Shown: piece by piece, positions 51,179 through 64,000 of the stretch
Layout of the letters: every line of letters starts with the position of its first letter
Position numbering within the stretch: position 1 is the stretch's first letter
Source of the DNA: Cenococcum geophilum
Taxonomy: Eukaryota
Assembly (NCBI GenBank): GCA_050273025.1
Contig: CP158635.1
Coordinates: 31,372,001 to 31,436,000 of the forward strand
Reading direction: 5' to 3'
DNA: 64,000 bases
Made by a program: the position numbers and the translations under genes
Notes under the pieces: model-generated
The model's database searches: none
Told to the model about the DNA's origin: nothing
What the model saw: the letters and a program-made list of their open reading frames with translations, nothing else

Positions 51179-52153
51179 CCCATCTTCCTACAATTAAACT
51201 CCGTATTTAATAATCCGTAAATTAACTAGTCCTATTACTACTTATATACCTCCTAGTCTATATACCTAGCAACTAAATAATATAACTAGCGGCGCAGTAT
51301 AAGACCCTTATAGCTATCTTTAAACGTATACTTTAGTAATAACCTTACTACTTATATAGTTATACTAATAATGCCTATAATGTTAAAGAAAGCTAATAAA
51401 GAAAAAGTATATTTTCTATACGCGGATAGCTAGGATTAATACTGCTTTTTACTTCTAACTATATTTATAGCTAATTATAAAGAATACGACACGCTTATAG
51501 GTATTAAAAGTAGCTATAAATATTCAATTTATTATATATATACAAATTAATAGCATAATCTAACGACTGCTATCTAGCGGCCGTAGCCGTTTTATATATA
51601 CTAATTAATAAAAGACCAAATACAAATATAGTAAGAAGGCTACAATACTAATAAGAAGGATAACTTAGATTATATTTAGCCGTTCTATAACTTTATATAG
51701 GGCTATAATCTATCCAATATCTATAAGATAATAGCGCCTAATTTCCTATACTAGGTGCTTAAAGGCCTTACTAGTAAACACCTTATATACTAGATTAAGG
51801 GGCTTATATAAAGCAAAATATAGGCCGGAAAATATTAGGGCCTTAATATCCCGCGTACAGATAGTTATAGCTAGAAGATATTAAATATTAATACACTTAT
51901 TACCACCCGCTTTGTATAGGTAAAGCGATTTACTAATATAATAATATGGGATAGCTAGGTAAATATCGGTTAATAAATAAAAAAGATATATAAATCTCTA
52001 TTATAATAATTAGTCCCTACTATAGCACCCTTACTAAAACAGAATAAAGGCGCTATGCTATTTATCTGGGCGTTTATAGACTTTACTATACTATTTTAAT
52101 ATATATTACACGACGAATTAACTATTTAGTACCTAGTAGTAGCTATTTATAAA

Positions 52154-55100
52154 TGTCACGGAACCCCACCATAGGGGCCTCTATAGGAGAGCCCCGTGCT
52201 CTTACATACACCTCGCGTACAGCTTATGTCAGCTACGCGTAGGTATATCACCTCCTTACGCCCTCGACCCTTACGATCGATCGCGTAACGTTTTATAGAC
52301 TCCTTGAATACATACGCTTTATAGCCACTGCCCCCGTCCCGCAACATTATATTGCGCCTTTTTTACTACTAACGCTTAGCCTATAACTAATTCTACGTCT
52401 CTGTAATACTATAGGCGCTGCTAAAAGCAGCATATCTATAAATTACCTCACTTTATACTTCTAAGGAACCCATAATAGTAAGACGATATCCCTTACTAGC
52501 TACTATATTAAACCCAAAGAATAATCCAATACTTATACCTAACCTACAACGCCAATTAATCCCAGGAGAATTTGATTTATTAGCCCTAGCCTTAACCCCT
52601 AAGGAGACGGACACCAATAATATCTTATCTTTTATTAACTATATAACTACAGATAAGCAAACAGAAGGGCTACTACCTATTAAAATTAAAATATAAGACG
52701 CCGAGATATTTGTAAAAATAGTAGTACAAGACCCTAATAAATACTACCGCCTTCTATAGAACTATTACCTAAAGCTTATATAAGCCGAGATGCGTACTGC
52801 CTAAGATCGCGATATTATCCAAGACCTATAAGCTTGTAAGGCGCTTACCAATAACACACAATAAGAAACTAAAGATAACCTCTATATATCTAAACGCGAC
52901 ATCTAATAGTTAAAGAAGGCTAAGATTGTACTAATTACTATAGTCACTAAAAGAGAAGGTATAATTAAATACCTATAATCTTAGCTTAATAAGCATATTT
53001 GTAATAACGCTAGATACCTCTCTACTATATATAACGCCACCTAAGTCTCTACGCCCCCGGCAACTTTACCTACTTAACGCTTAATAGAGGGCTAGCGCTA
53101 AGCAGCTTTACCTAATAGGAACCCTTACTAAAGCAGCAATAATAAAAGCTATAATAATTAGACCTAAACTGCCACCGTAGGGTCTAATATACACTACCCT
53201 AATCCCCTAGTCTTCTAGGGAGACCACAAGGAATACAGCTACTAGAAGATATAAATCCGTAAGAAACTAACTTAAAGCACCTGCCTTTTTCCTACGGAAG
53301 ATATTAAGATTAGCTATATTATTAGGTAAATAAAGGGTATACTATTTAACAGACTCTTCGCCTAATAGGAGACTAATAGCCCCTAGAAGTAGCAGTTACA
53401 CTAAGAAGTCCTTAATAATCTTAACCTAATATACCGCGACTATAACCTACTAGCCACCAACCGAGCTAAACTACGTGCCCTAAAGATAAGCCCTACTAAA
53501 TTATTTAATAAATTCTATATTAAATTCTAGGAATACACCGAAGCCCTTACCTAAGACGATACTAAAGACCAAGAGGACCTTCTTAAAAAAGTTACTTATT
53601 ACCTTAGTCACGCAGCCGCCAGCTACAACTATAATAATATTTATAATATGGTAGCAGCTCTACGGAAGATCAAACAACGACTAAATTAGATAGCTACTAC
53701 TAACCCTTACTTAAAGACCTCTCTATAGAAGCCCCCCGGGCCTACTAAACCCACATATACTAAGCTACTAACGCTTACTACCTTAAGTACTACCAGAACT
53801 AATATTGATTTCTCTATACTAACCTTCCTATAGAAACTCCTAAATAGAGAGCACGAACTACTCCAGAAACTAGGACGCTGCTATAGATGCCATTAAAAAA
53901 GCTATTATTGCGATAACCCAAACTACCTAATAGCTAGGTTCGGTAGCTGCCGCCTAACACCTAACCTAATACCCCAAACACTAAATATATCGCTATATGC
54001 CACTATTATATAAGATAAAGACGCAGTAATAGCGGTAGAGTTAGATATAGAAACGGAAAACGCTAAGTCCCAGCCCTAAGTTGTAGGTTAGGACGCCTTA
54101 ACGACAGAGGGATCTATATATTGGCTTACTTAATAGATAACTTTATAAAGATAAATAGACGGAAATAGATAGTTTTACCTATAATAGGAACTACTGCTAA
54201 AAAATAATATAAAAGCCGTTCTATAATTAATTGCGGAGCTACTAATAAATTTATAGATACCTAATTTATATATACTTATAACCTACCTACCTTACCCCTT
54301 ACTAAAGCCCGCGCCCTATAACTTACTAACGGTAATTATACCGTATAAAAGATTACCTATATAGTATAACTTCACCTAGATATAAATAGGCACTAGGAAG
54401 AACTCTAGGCCTATATAATACCACTTACTAACTACCCTATTATCCTTAGAATAAACTGGCTTAAATAACATAACCCCGCTATTAACTAGAAGAAGAGAGA
54501 AGTAACCTTTAACTTTAAATACTATAGAGAGACTTGCCTAGGGTATAGCCTAGCCGCCTCTATTTACTCCCTAGAATATTAATCTAAGGAACCCCTTATT
54601 ACCCTACCTATAACTAACTACTACTATATAAGTGCCCCGGCCTTCTACCGTATAGCACGTAAGAAAGGCTAGACCGTTACTACAGCTTCCCAATTATAAC
54701 TATATAAGCTTAATAAAGAATAGGACCACGTCCTCTATAGTAATAGGATAGATATAGTTAACCTTCTAGACGACGACGCCCCTACGGAACTCTATAGACT
54801 TTTACCTTTAGACTTTAAGAAGTTTATAAAGCTTAAAAAAGGACTTACTAATAAAGAACTCTGTAAGCTCCTCCCTAAGAGGTACTATAACTTTACTAAT
54901 ATATACTTATAAAAGAGCGCAGATATACTCCCCCTATATTAACCTAATAACTATACTATTAATATTAAATAAGGAAAAATACTACTTTATAAGAGACCCT
55001 ACCTAATATTAAAAGATAAGCTTCTAGTTATAAAAAAGTATATTGATAAGCACCTTAATAAAGGATTTGTTCGTCCTAGCATATTACTAGCAGCCGCCTC

Positions 55101-58100
55101 TATCCTTCTCACTAAGAAGCTAGGAGGAGGTATTTAATTCTACGTTAACTATAAAGGACTTAACGCTATTACGATTAAAAACTAATACCTAGTACCGCTT
55201 ATACGTAAGACCCTTAAGCGGCTTAGTTAAGCCAAAATCTATACTAAGCTTAATATTATTGCCGCCTTTAACCACCTCTAAATACGGAAAGGTAATAAAT
55301 AGAAAACCGCATTTGCATCGCGCTTCGGCCAATTTAAATATACTATTATGCCCTTTAGCGTATATAATAGCCTAGGTACCTTCTAAAGCTATATTAATAA
55401 CGCCTTAGGGGACTACCTTAATAACTTCTACTCCGCGTACCTAGATAACATACTTATTTATAGCAATAACCTCTCTAAGCATACTAAATACGTTTAAAAG
55501 GTCCTATAGCGCCTTAGGGACGCAGAACTTTATATTAATTTAAACAAATGCGAATTCTTAGTTATAGAAGTAAAATACCTTAGACTAATTATTACCACTA
55601 AGGGTATCCGTATGGACCCTAAGAAGGTATATATAATTACTAAATAGCAAGCCCCTAACTATATTAAGGACGTATAAGCCTTCCTTAGTTTCGCTAACTT
55701 CTATTAGAGATTTATATATAACTTCTTAGGCGTAGTAGCACCACTTACAGCAATAATGTGAACGAAGGGCCTTTCTATAAAAGGAAGAAAAACGCATTTA
55801 TGCTTTACCTAGACGCCTAAATGCGAGAAGGCGTTCTAAGACCTTAAAAATGCCTTTACTAAAGTACCTATCCTAGCTTACTTTATACTAGGATAATAAC
55901 TCTACCTTAAAACCGACTCCTTAGACTATATTAACGTAGGCGTCCTCTCCTAGATAGGTAATAACGGTCTTCTTTACCTAGTCGCATTCTACTCGTCTAA
56001 GCTTATGCTATAAGAGTATAACTATAAGATCTATAATAAAGAACTCCTTATAATTATATAAGCGTTTAAAGAATTCTAACTAGAACTCTCCTTAGTAGAG
56101 CCTAACTAGCCAACTAAAGTCCTTACAGACTATCGCAACCTTAAGTACTTTATAACTATAAAGCAGCTAAACTAACGCTAAGTACGTTAGAACGAGTTCC
56201 TCTCTAGTTTTAACTTTAAAATTATATATAGACTAGGAGTATAAGGTACTAAACCTAATAGCCTAATACGCCGCTCGTAAGACCTTCCTTAGTTTAAAGA
56301 TAACCCTTATAATTAGTTCTAATAATAGACAATCCTAAAAGCACGAAATTTGGCCCTAGGTATACTACCTATAATAGAGCCAACTATACCCTAGCTTTAT
56401 ACTATAGAACTAGAGTTACCTCCTAAAATTAATAAGCTTATTACTATAGCATATAATGCCTCTACTAACCTATTACTGTATCAACTTATTACCGCAAAGA
56501 CTGCTGGCGCCCGTATACTACCTACTAACCTTTAAAGCTTAGGCTAGATTAATATAGCAGCCTTAGAAGTAAAAGAGAACAGGCTCTATTATAAAGGCCG
56601 CCTATTTATCCCTAACTTAGAAAATCTATAACGGCAACTAATCTAAATGGCCTATAACCTCCGATTAAGCGGCCACCTAGGTAAAAAAGAAACCTATAAG
56701 CTTCTTAGCCAATACTACTTCTAGCCAAAAATAATAGACTTAGTTAAACGCTTTATAGGCGCCTGCTACGGTTATAAGCGCGCTAAGGCCTTTAATATAA
56801 AGTACTAAGGACTACTGCACCCTTTACTAGTACCTATACGACAATAGGCAGATATCGCTATAGATTTCGTTATTAACCTACTACCCTATAAATAATACGG
56901 CTATACCTATAAGAACATCCTTATAATAATATGCCAACTTATAAAAGAGCGCCACTACGTCCTAACTGAAGGCGTAGCTATTAGCGACGTTACTAACGCC
57001 TTCCTCTATAAAGTTTACTAACTATATAGGTTACCTAACTCGATTACGTCCGACTAAGGCATATAATTTAACTCCGATATATGGAGACGAATCTGCTAAC
57101 GCCTTGGCATCTCCGTTAAGATATCTATATCCTTCTACTATAAAACTACTAGGTAACCGGAAAACGCTAACGCTAGTATAAAAGCGTACCTACAATAGGT
57201 AGTCGCCTATAGTTAAAATAACTAGGTAAATTACCTCCTACTAGGTGAATTTGCAGTAAATAACTACGTCTTAACCACTATAGGACTTACCCCGTTCTTC
57301 GCGAATAAGGGTTATTACCCCTAATCTAGTATAGAGCTACTAGAACCTATTAATAAGAAACTACTATATAGAAAACGCCTTAAGATACTACTTGCCGACT
57401 AGTATGCAGACTATATAAAAAATCTACTCGACTACTATAAGGGAGAAATGGCCTGGGCTTAAGTAAAGTAGGCCTACTTCGCCAACTATTATAGAACGCC
57501 ACTACTAGAGATGTGTGTTGGCGACTAGGTATAGCTAGATATACATAATATCTCTACGTAGAGGCCTATAAAGTTACTTAATTATAAGAACCTTAGCCCC
57601 TATCTAATTAAACGAGTTATTAATAGGGGAGCCATATATAAGCTAAAACTCCTGCCTACCCTAGCCACCCGCGGGATATAGCCCGTATTTTACCTATAGC
57701 TACTATACCTCTATTAGCCTAACCCTTTACCGGGGCAGATATAGCCTAAACCCCTACTAGTATTAATCTAAGATAAGAACGAAGATAAGAACCACGAGGA
57801 GTGGACCGTTAAATAAATTATTAACTCTAAATACTTTAGCAAAGGCAGAGGATAACGGCTCTACTACAGAGCTATATATATAGGATTCGACATAGATTAG
57901 CTAGAATGGCAACTATAGGAATACTTCGAAAATGTAAAGGATCTAATTAGCGACTTTTACTACGCGAACCCACAGAAACTGGGCCTAAGTAGAGACTTTA
58001 TACCTAATCCTCTATAGGAGCCCTTATAGAGTTAAACCGTTATACATTACCACGTAAGGACAAATTGCCGTTAGATTGCCGTTAGATTGCGGTAAAGTGC

Positions 58101-58517
58101 GATTACGTAATTGGAATATCGTTAAGATGTCCAGGAACTTTAACTGGCGGTTAAAGTTATCTAATTAGTTAGATTCTTAGATGCTAAGCCCTATTATATA
58201 ACAATGTTTTAAGCCTTTAGTAATACCCCCCTTTTTCTTCTTTTCTATACCTTAAGTGTCTCTTCTATATATATATAGTAACCACAGCGTCGCCAGAGCT
58301 CCGCCTCTATAAGAGGGGGGGTAGTATTACGGAACCCCACTGCAGGGGCCTCTATAGGAGAGCCCCGTACTCTCGCGTACACCTTATATACAGCTTATAT
58401 TAGCTACGCGTAGGTATATCACCTCCTTACGCCCTCGACCCTTACAATCGATCGCGTAACGTCTTATAGACTCCTTAAATACATACGCTTTATAGCTACT
58501 GCCCCCGTCCTATGACA
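52154..58517 (+). mobile_element. Ty3/Gypsy chromovirus J, full length, RIPed
   Basis: 193-bp LTRs at 52154-52346 and 58325-58517; TSD ATAAA; PPT aagagggggggtag. gag with zinc knuckle, GGAAAAC at ~54055, RT (AYLDNILI ~55435), integrase and chromodomain (~57800). Confidence 0.95.
58121..58188. other. Shared module 2 (3' UTR of J)
   Basis: gttaagatgtccaggaactttaactggcggttaaagttatctaattagttagattcttagatgctaag. Confidence 0.88.
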
Positions 58518-59561
58518 ATAAAATAGACAAAATAAAAAATATATTCCTTCCGTTTTAACTAAGTAAGGTAAGACTACTACACTTTAATATTCCTAAGCTA
58601 TATACTATTACCCACTATCTAGAGAGTATTTAGCAACTAAAAGTAATCGGAGGCATAAATATAGAGTATTTAGAGCAAGTATATAAGCTATAAAAGGTAT
58701 TTTACCGCAGGACTAACAAACGGAATAACTATAAAGTGTAGATACTATAATATAATACTATATATCTTAACACAATGCTTTAAAACGAATATAAGCTATA
58801 GGCGTTAACTAATATGATTAATATAGTAGACCTAATAAGCGTAATATAGATAATATAACTAAGTCCTGCAGTTAATATATATATATATCGCTTATATATA
58901 TAGAACTTTAACAATTATATAGCTTAAACACTTTAAGATTAAAAAAATTAATATATCTATCTAGCATACGGTTAAGGAGGTATAGCGTTAAATAGAAATT
59001 ACTAACCTTATATCTAAACTAACCCCCTTTATAAGGGAATGCCGTAAGTAAATTAACGGAATCCGGTAAATAAACTAGGACATTAACTAACTAGAGGCCG
59101 ATAATAATTAGGTATTAAAGATGCCCCTAAGTATCCACTACAGTGTTATATACTATATTTGTTTTAGAAAAAACGCCACTAACACTAATAAGCTTAATAA
59201 GGTATTTACTTAATATACCTTACTATAGGCTAATACTAGAGCCCCCTATTATAATACTATAATAGTATAAAAATATAAGTAGGCAAATAATAGCCTCTAT
59301 AGCAATAAAGTGGAGAGGCTTTATCTGCTACTTATAATTTAGGATACTAGGCAATTAGATAGCGAGGGCAAATACCTAAAATACGCTAGTGCGTTAGTAG
59401 AGACCCTCTAAGTTTATAATAGTAGTAAAATTAATATAAGAACCGGAATACTTAGAGTATAAAGTATAAAGCTATTTAATAGTAGGATAAAATATACGCT
59501 AAATACCCTCTAGATATATAACATTAACCATATTATAAGGCCTATCTTACTTATATTAATG

Positions 59562-62500
59562 TGTTACGGACGCTTTAAGTACAATGTTATAACTACTAAA
59601 AAAGGAGTCGGAAGAAGCTAGTTAGTTAATTTAGGCACGGTCTAGAATAGAGCCGATAGAGCTATATAACGAGGAATAGTAACTAAGGTTATATAACATT
59701 ATACGCAGTGTATACAGTATATAAAGGGAATGTATATATAATATGTATAATACGTACCTTATATATAAAGGGGATTTCTTAGGAGTACGGTTGTGTATTT
59801 AAAGGACCACAGTCCCTACCTAGATAGTTCTCTCCTTTGTAGTGAATCTTAGAATATAATTAGAGTTAATCTATTAGGCAACTACTCTACTAGTTATTAT
59901 TACGTTATTAACTTCTTATTTACCTATATACCTAGCCCATTAATAAGTCCACCGTAGTTCCTACTATAAGGCTTTGTTATATATTTACTACTAAGGTTAC
60001 AGTATTAATAAAGTTAAATAATATGCTACTAAAAGCATTAGTTACGACGCCGTTAACGGCAGTAACTATATTAAGATTAGGTAACGATACTAGTATAGCA
60101 GAAGATACTAACTCTTAGCTAGTTACTGTTAGATAGCTATAGGAAATAGTTAATCGATTAATAGATAATAATAAGATATTTAAAGAAAGGATTAGTGGGA
60201 TCGGAGCAGCTAAGGTTAAGTTATCCTTAATTAAGCAATTTTTAGGAGAAAAGTTAAAGCTTAAGGGATTCCTTACGTAAATATACTTTAAGGTTATGTA
60301 AGAAGGAGTTAAACTAGGAACGCTTATAGATCAAGTCGCTTACGTAAAATTGTTCTTAATAGAAAGGGCACTTAAGTAGTTTAAACCTTACCTTATGGAA
60401 ATATAAGAATATGGTATAATAACCACTAACTAGGAGGTCCGGTATATATTCTTAAGTTAGAATAGGTTTGTAGGGCGGTTAACGCAGATATTTAAAGACC
60501 TAGAGGCAACTATAACGGTAGAAAGAAAGCTTTAAAACCTAGTATAGAGAACTTTAGCAATTAAGTATATAATATAGTTTTAAACGTTAGCAATATAAGT
60601 TAAATAGAATAATAAAGCGCTTATAGTATAGTATAAATAAGGACTTAAGGTAAAAGTCTAAGATATAATTATTCTAATAGAAGATATGGACACTCTTAGG
60701 AATTTAATTAATTAAGTAATTAAAATTAATAATAGGATCTACTAAAGAGAGCAGACTAAGAAGGGTTAAAATAGAGTTTTATAGTTATATAAGGCGTAGG
60801 GCACGTAACAATAGAGTTAAAGTTAAAAACTATAATATAGCGCAGAGCTAATGGACCTAAGCGGTACTAAAGAATTTAAGAAATAAAATAAGAAATTATG
60901 GAAACCTAAAGGATAAGGATTAAGTAATTAAAGGTTTAAGGAGTAAAGGCTAAACCAGGGATCTTAATGGTAGAAGATGTTTAGGCGGACTCTATAATAA
61001 GAAAAATGGTTTAAAAAAGGAGCTTATATAAATTACGGAAAATAGGGTTATTATATTAAAAACTATAGAAGTGGTTAGAGCTATTATATAGTAAAAGGAA
61101 TAAGACTAGTAGACAATATATATATATAGAGGGACGATAATATGCTATAAGGAACAAAAGAGTATTTAATTAAAAGTTTTACGTTTTATTATAATAACGT
61201 ATACCGAATTTATAAGGACGCTAAGTATAGCGTAAACTATTAGCTATAAAAGCCAAAACCTATAGAATATAGAGGAACTAACGAGCTAGTTCGCAGATCG
61301 GATATTTAAGGACGATAAGTTTAACGTAGGCGAAATATTCCGTAACGATAAGGTAATAAAGGCAGTTTACTAGGAGTATATAGACCTTAGAGATATTATA
61401 TAAGAGATAGAGGATAATTCCACTATAGAATAGGGAATATTAGTTAGGATTAAGACCCCACTAAACACAATATCTATCGCTTTACGAGACGTAAGAGAAG
61501 TAGGATAGTAAACCACTTCGGCACTTAATAAAGGTAAAAGGCTAAAGGCTTAAGATTTTTAAGACGATATATAAAATAACTAAGATTCTTAAGATAAGAT
61601 AAGGTAAGCTTAAGGACCTATAATAGACGATAACCGATAGAGCAGAGTAACGGCTTAGTTTAGTAATATACGAATAAGCTTAGGATAAAGTTTCCTAAAG
61701 ATATAAGACTCTTAAGATAAGATAAGTGAGATTTAAGACTCTTAAGATAAAATAAAAATATTAGTAAAGCCTAGTTAGATTAAGCTTAGAGTAAAGCTTA
61801 AAATAGAAGCAAGCTTAGGATTAAAAATCTTATAGAACTAAGATTTTAGCACATAAATAAGGACCATTAAAGAAATTGCAAGTAAGACGCAGCAATAGGA
61901 TCGAAAAGTTAATACTAAGATTAAGAAGTAAGAGAACTTTAAGGATTTATCTATAAAACGCAAACCAAAAGAAACTATAAAAGAATTTAGATAAAGAATT
62001 ATCGTATAGTAAGAATAGAAACTAGATAAGAGATCTAGTACGTTAGGTTATATAAGGGACAGAGCACTAGTATAAAGAATTACTAATAGGCCGAGGGCAG
62101 GCATACTAAGAGTTAAGTGGCTTACCGAACTAGAAAACGAAGAGGATCTAGGAATCCCTACTAGGTTCAAAAAATAATATATAAAGAGCTATTACAACGC
62201 AGTAATAAGAAGATACTTCCTTACGGATAAGCCGTATACACTCTAACAGCTATACTAAAAGTAGTATAGGTAACGACATAATAATAAGTAGAAAGATTTC
62301 TATATATAGTTAGATAAATAAGTTATCTAAAACCACCCAATTATAGAGAAGGCTATAACTTATATTAAAGGAGCCTTAATTACAATATTAAAGGATCTAG
62401 AAGAACAATTAGAGGATTAGAAAAGTAAGAGACGTATCTTAGTACCTGCAAATAAAGTTATAACGTTTAGATTAGTACGATAAAGGTTTAAACTTAAAGA

Positions 62501-64000
62501 TAAAGATAAGTTAAGAGTTAACCTAAAGCACCTAGTATACTATATGCTATTATAGATTATATACGTAGATAATATATATAAAATGCATAAAAATCCGAAA
62601 GAAAAGAACCGGAAATACTTTATATGGATATATTAGGCGATAGTATAAGAATACTAAATATATATATAGATGGCATCTAGCAGAAATTCAAGAGAAAGGA
62701 GATTTAATACTTTAGCTAGGAAGATTCCTTACGGAAGAATACTTAAACGGATAACAGTAGTGGGAATGCTTAGAGAATATATATCTATAGTATATAGAGA
62801 ATAAAAAGCAAACTAGGCATTGGCTAAAGGATAAGCTAAGTATAATAGGATTAAACAGCTAATAGTTAGGAAAAGTAGAGGCTTACGAGACCAGAGGGAG
62901 CTAGTAGTAAAGCCTTAGACCCTTAAAGGAATTTAAAGATAACACCTAAATTTATAAGTTAATTAGTAAGATTAGCAGTTTAAAGTATTAATAGATAGTG
63001 GAGTAATGCGAAACTATATCTTACTAGTAGTAGTTAAAAGAATAGGATTACCTTACAGACAGAAGGAGCAACCTTACCTATTAGTTACGATTTTAGGAGA
63101 TCTAATAGCCTATAGAGGAGGGATTATTAATCTTAAAATAGGACCTATTTAGATAACTATTAAAGGAAGACAAGTTAAGATATCTTTTAATATCCTACTA
63201 TTAGGACGGGATAAGGTAGTATTAAGAATACCTTAGTTACAGGAATATAATCTAAGGATTAATTAGATTATAGGCCAGGTCGATATTAGAAATACTTAAT
63301 ACTATAAAATGCAATAGTAAACTAAGTTAGTATAGTACTAAGTTAGAGCGATATATAAAGAGATTAAGTGAGGCTTAAGTTATATATTAAAGAGATACTA
63401 TAAGTATAGTAAGAAATTATAGAGTCTAAAAAGTAAAAAGCTAGTAGAATATATAGCATAGGACTATAAAATAGAGTTAGAACTAGGAATAAGTCTAAGG
63501 TTCTTTCTAACCTATAAGCTTACTTAAGAGAAGGCGAGTGCACTTAAAGAGTTTGTTTAAGAAAACTTATAAAAGGGATATATTAGACTATCGTAGTTAT
63601 TAACAGGTTATTTAGTACTATTCGTACTAAAGAAGAACGGAAAACTTAGGTTATGCATTAACTATAAACAGTTAAACAGTATTACTTAAAAGGATAGGTA
63701 TCTTTTACCCTTAATTAGCGAAATTTAAGACAGGATAGGTAACGCGTAAATCTTTACGAAGATAGATCTAAGATAGGCGTACCATTAGATTAGGATTAAG
63801 GAAGGCAATAAATAAAAAGTAGCCTTTAGGTTAAGAAAGGGACTATATAAACTATTAGTTATGCAATTTAGATTAATAAATACACTTACAACATTTCAGA
63901 AAAGGATTAATAGTGTATTAGGAAAACACCTTAATAAGTTTATTATGGTATACCTTAACGATATTATTATCTACTTAATAACTAAGGAAGAATACGGGGA
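59562..64000 (+). mobile_element. Ty3/Gypsy element K, cut by the window end
   Basis: Starts TGTTACGG; probable LTR to ~60010; gag from ~60024; protease LIDSG (~62988); RT to VYL(D)DII (~63950). Confidence 0.88.

Larger units (their letters stand above)
50000..59560 (+). pseudogene. Plavaka-type transposase, RIPed, split by Gypsy J
   Basis: De-RIPed motifs: RIY.EL.T.NWWWEMQ..LP.GATIVPIILASDKTQLT...G.K.WPLYI.IGNI (50701-50875), ADG..R.CFP.L...AD.EE, PDFLHQ.LKG (~51737), RAF.DF, HFNIPKLH...HY..SI and FYRRTNK (58580-58720). Element ends not found; start approximate. Confidence 0.85.

Noticed and set aside
1..64000. Starship or other giant cargo element
   Set aside because: No tyrosine recombinase captain or intact cargo genes are visible; the content is explained by nested TEs.

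Overview
A fungal (most likely filamentous ascomycete) heterochromatic transposon nest, heavily degraded by repeat-induced point mutation (RIP): TpA is abundant and Trp/Gln/Arg codons are converted to stops. I see no intact host gene, RNA gene or CRISPR array, and most supplied ORFs are fragments or repeat artefacts. Resolved by LTR/TIR and target-site duplications (TSDs): four complete chromodomain Ty3/Gypsy elements (A, B, F, J), one Gypsy cut by the window end (K), a gag-only derivative of B (C), a Ty1/Copia (E), a chimeric Copia-derived insert (D), solo LTRs, a hAT (H), a satellite-filled TIR element with 2-bp TSD (G), a Plavaka-type transposase pseudogene, several MITEs, and a two-gene MULE-like element. 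Two things stand out. (1) Two palindromic CCAAT-associated modules recur in non-coding parts of unrelated TE classes (Gypsy, Copia, hAT, Plavaka). (2) The MULE-like element has a convergent micro-exon gene with a C2H2-like finger, and introns of both genes are loaded with GCATATGC. All translations are manual with RIP changes mentally reversed; no searches were run.
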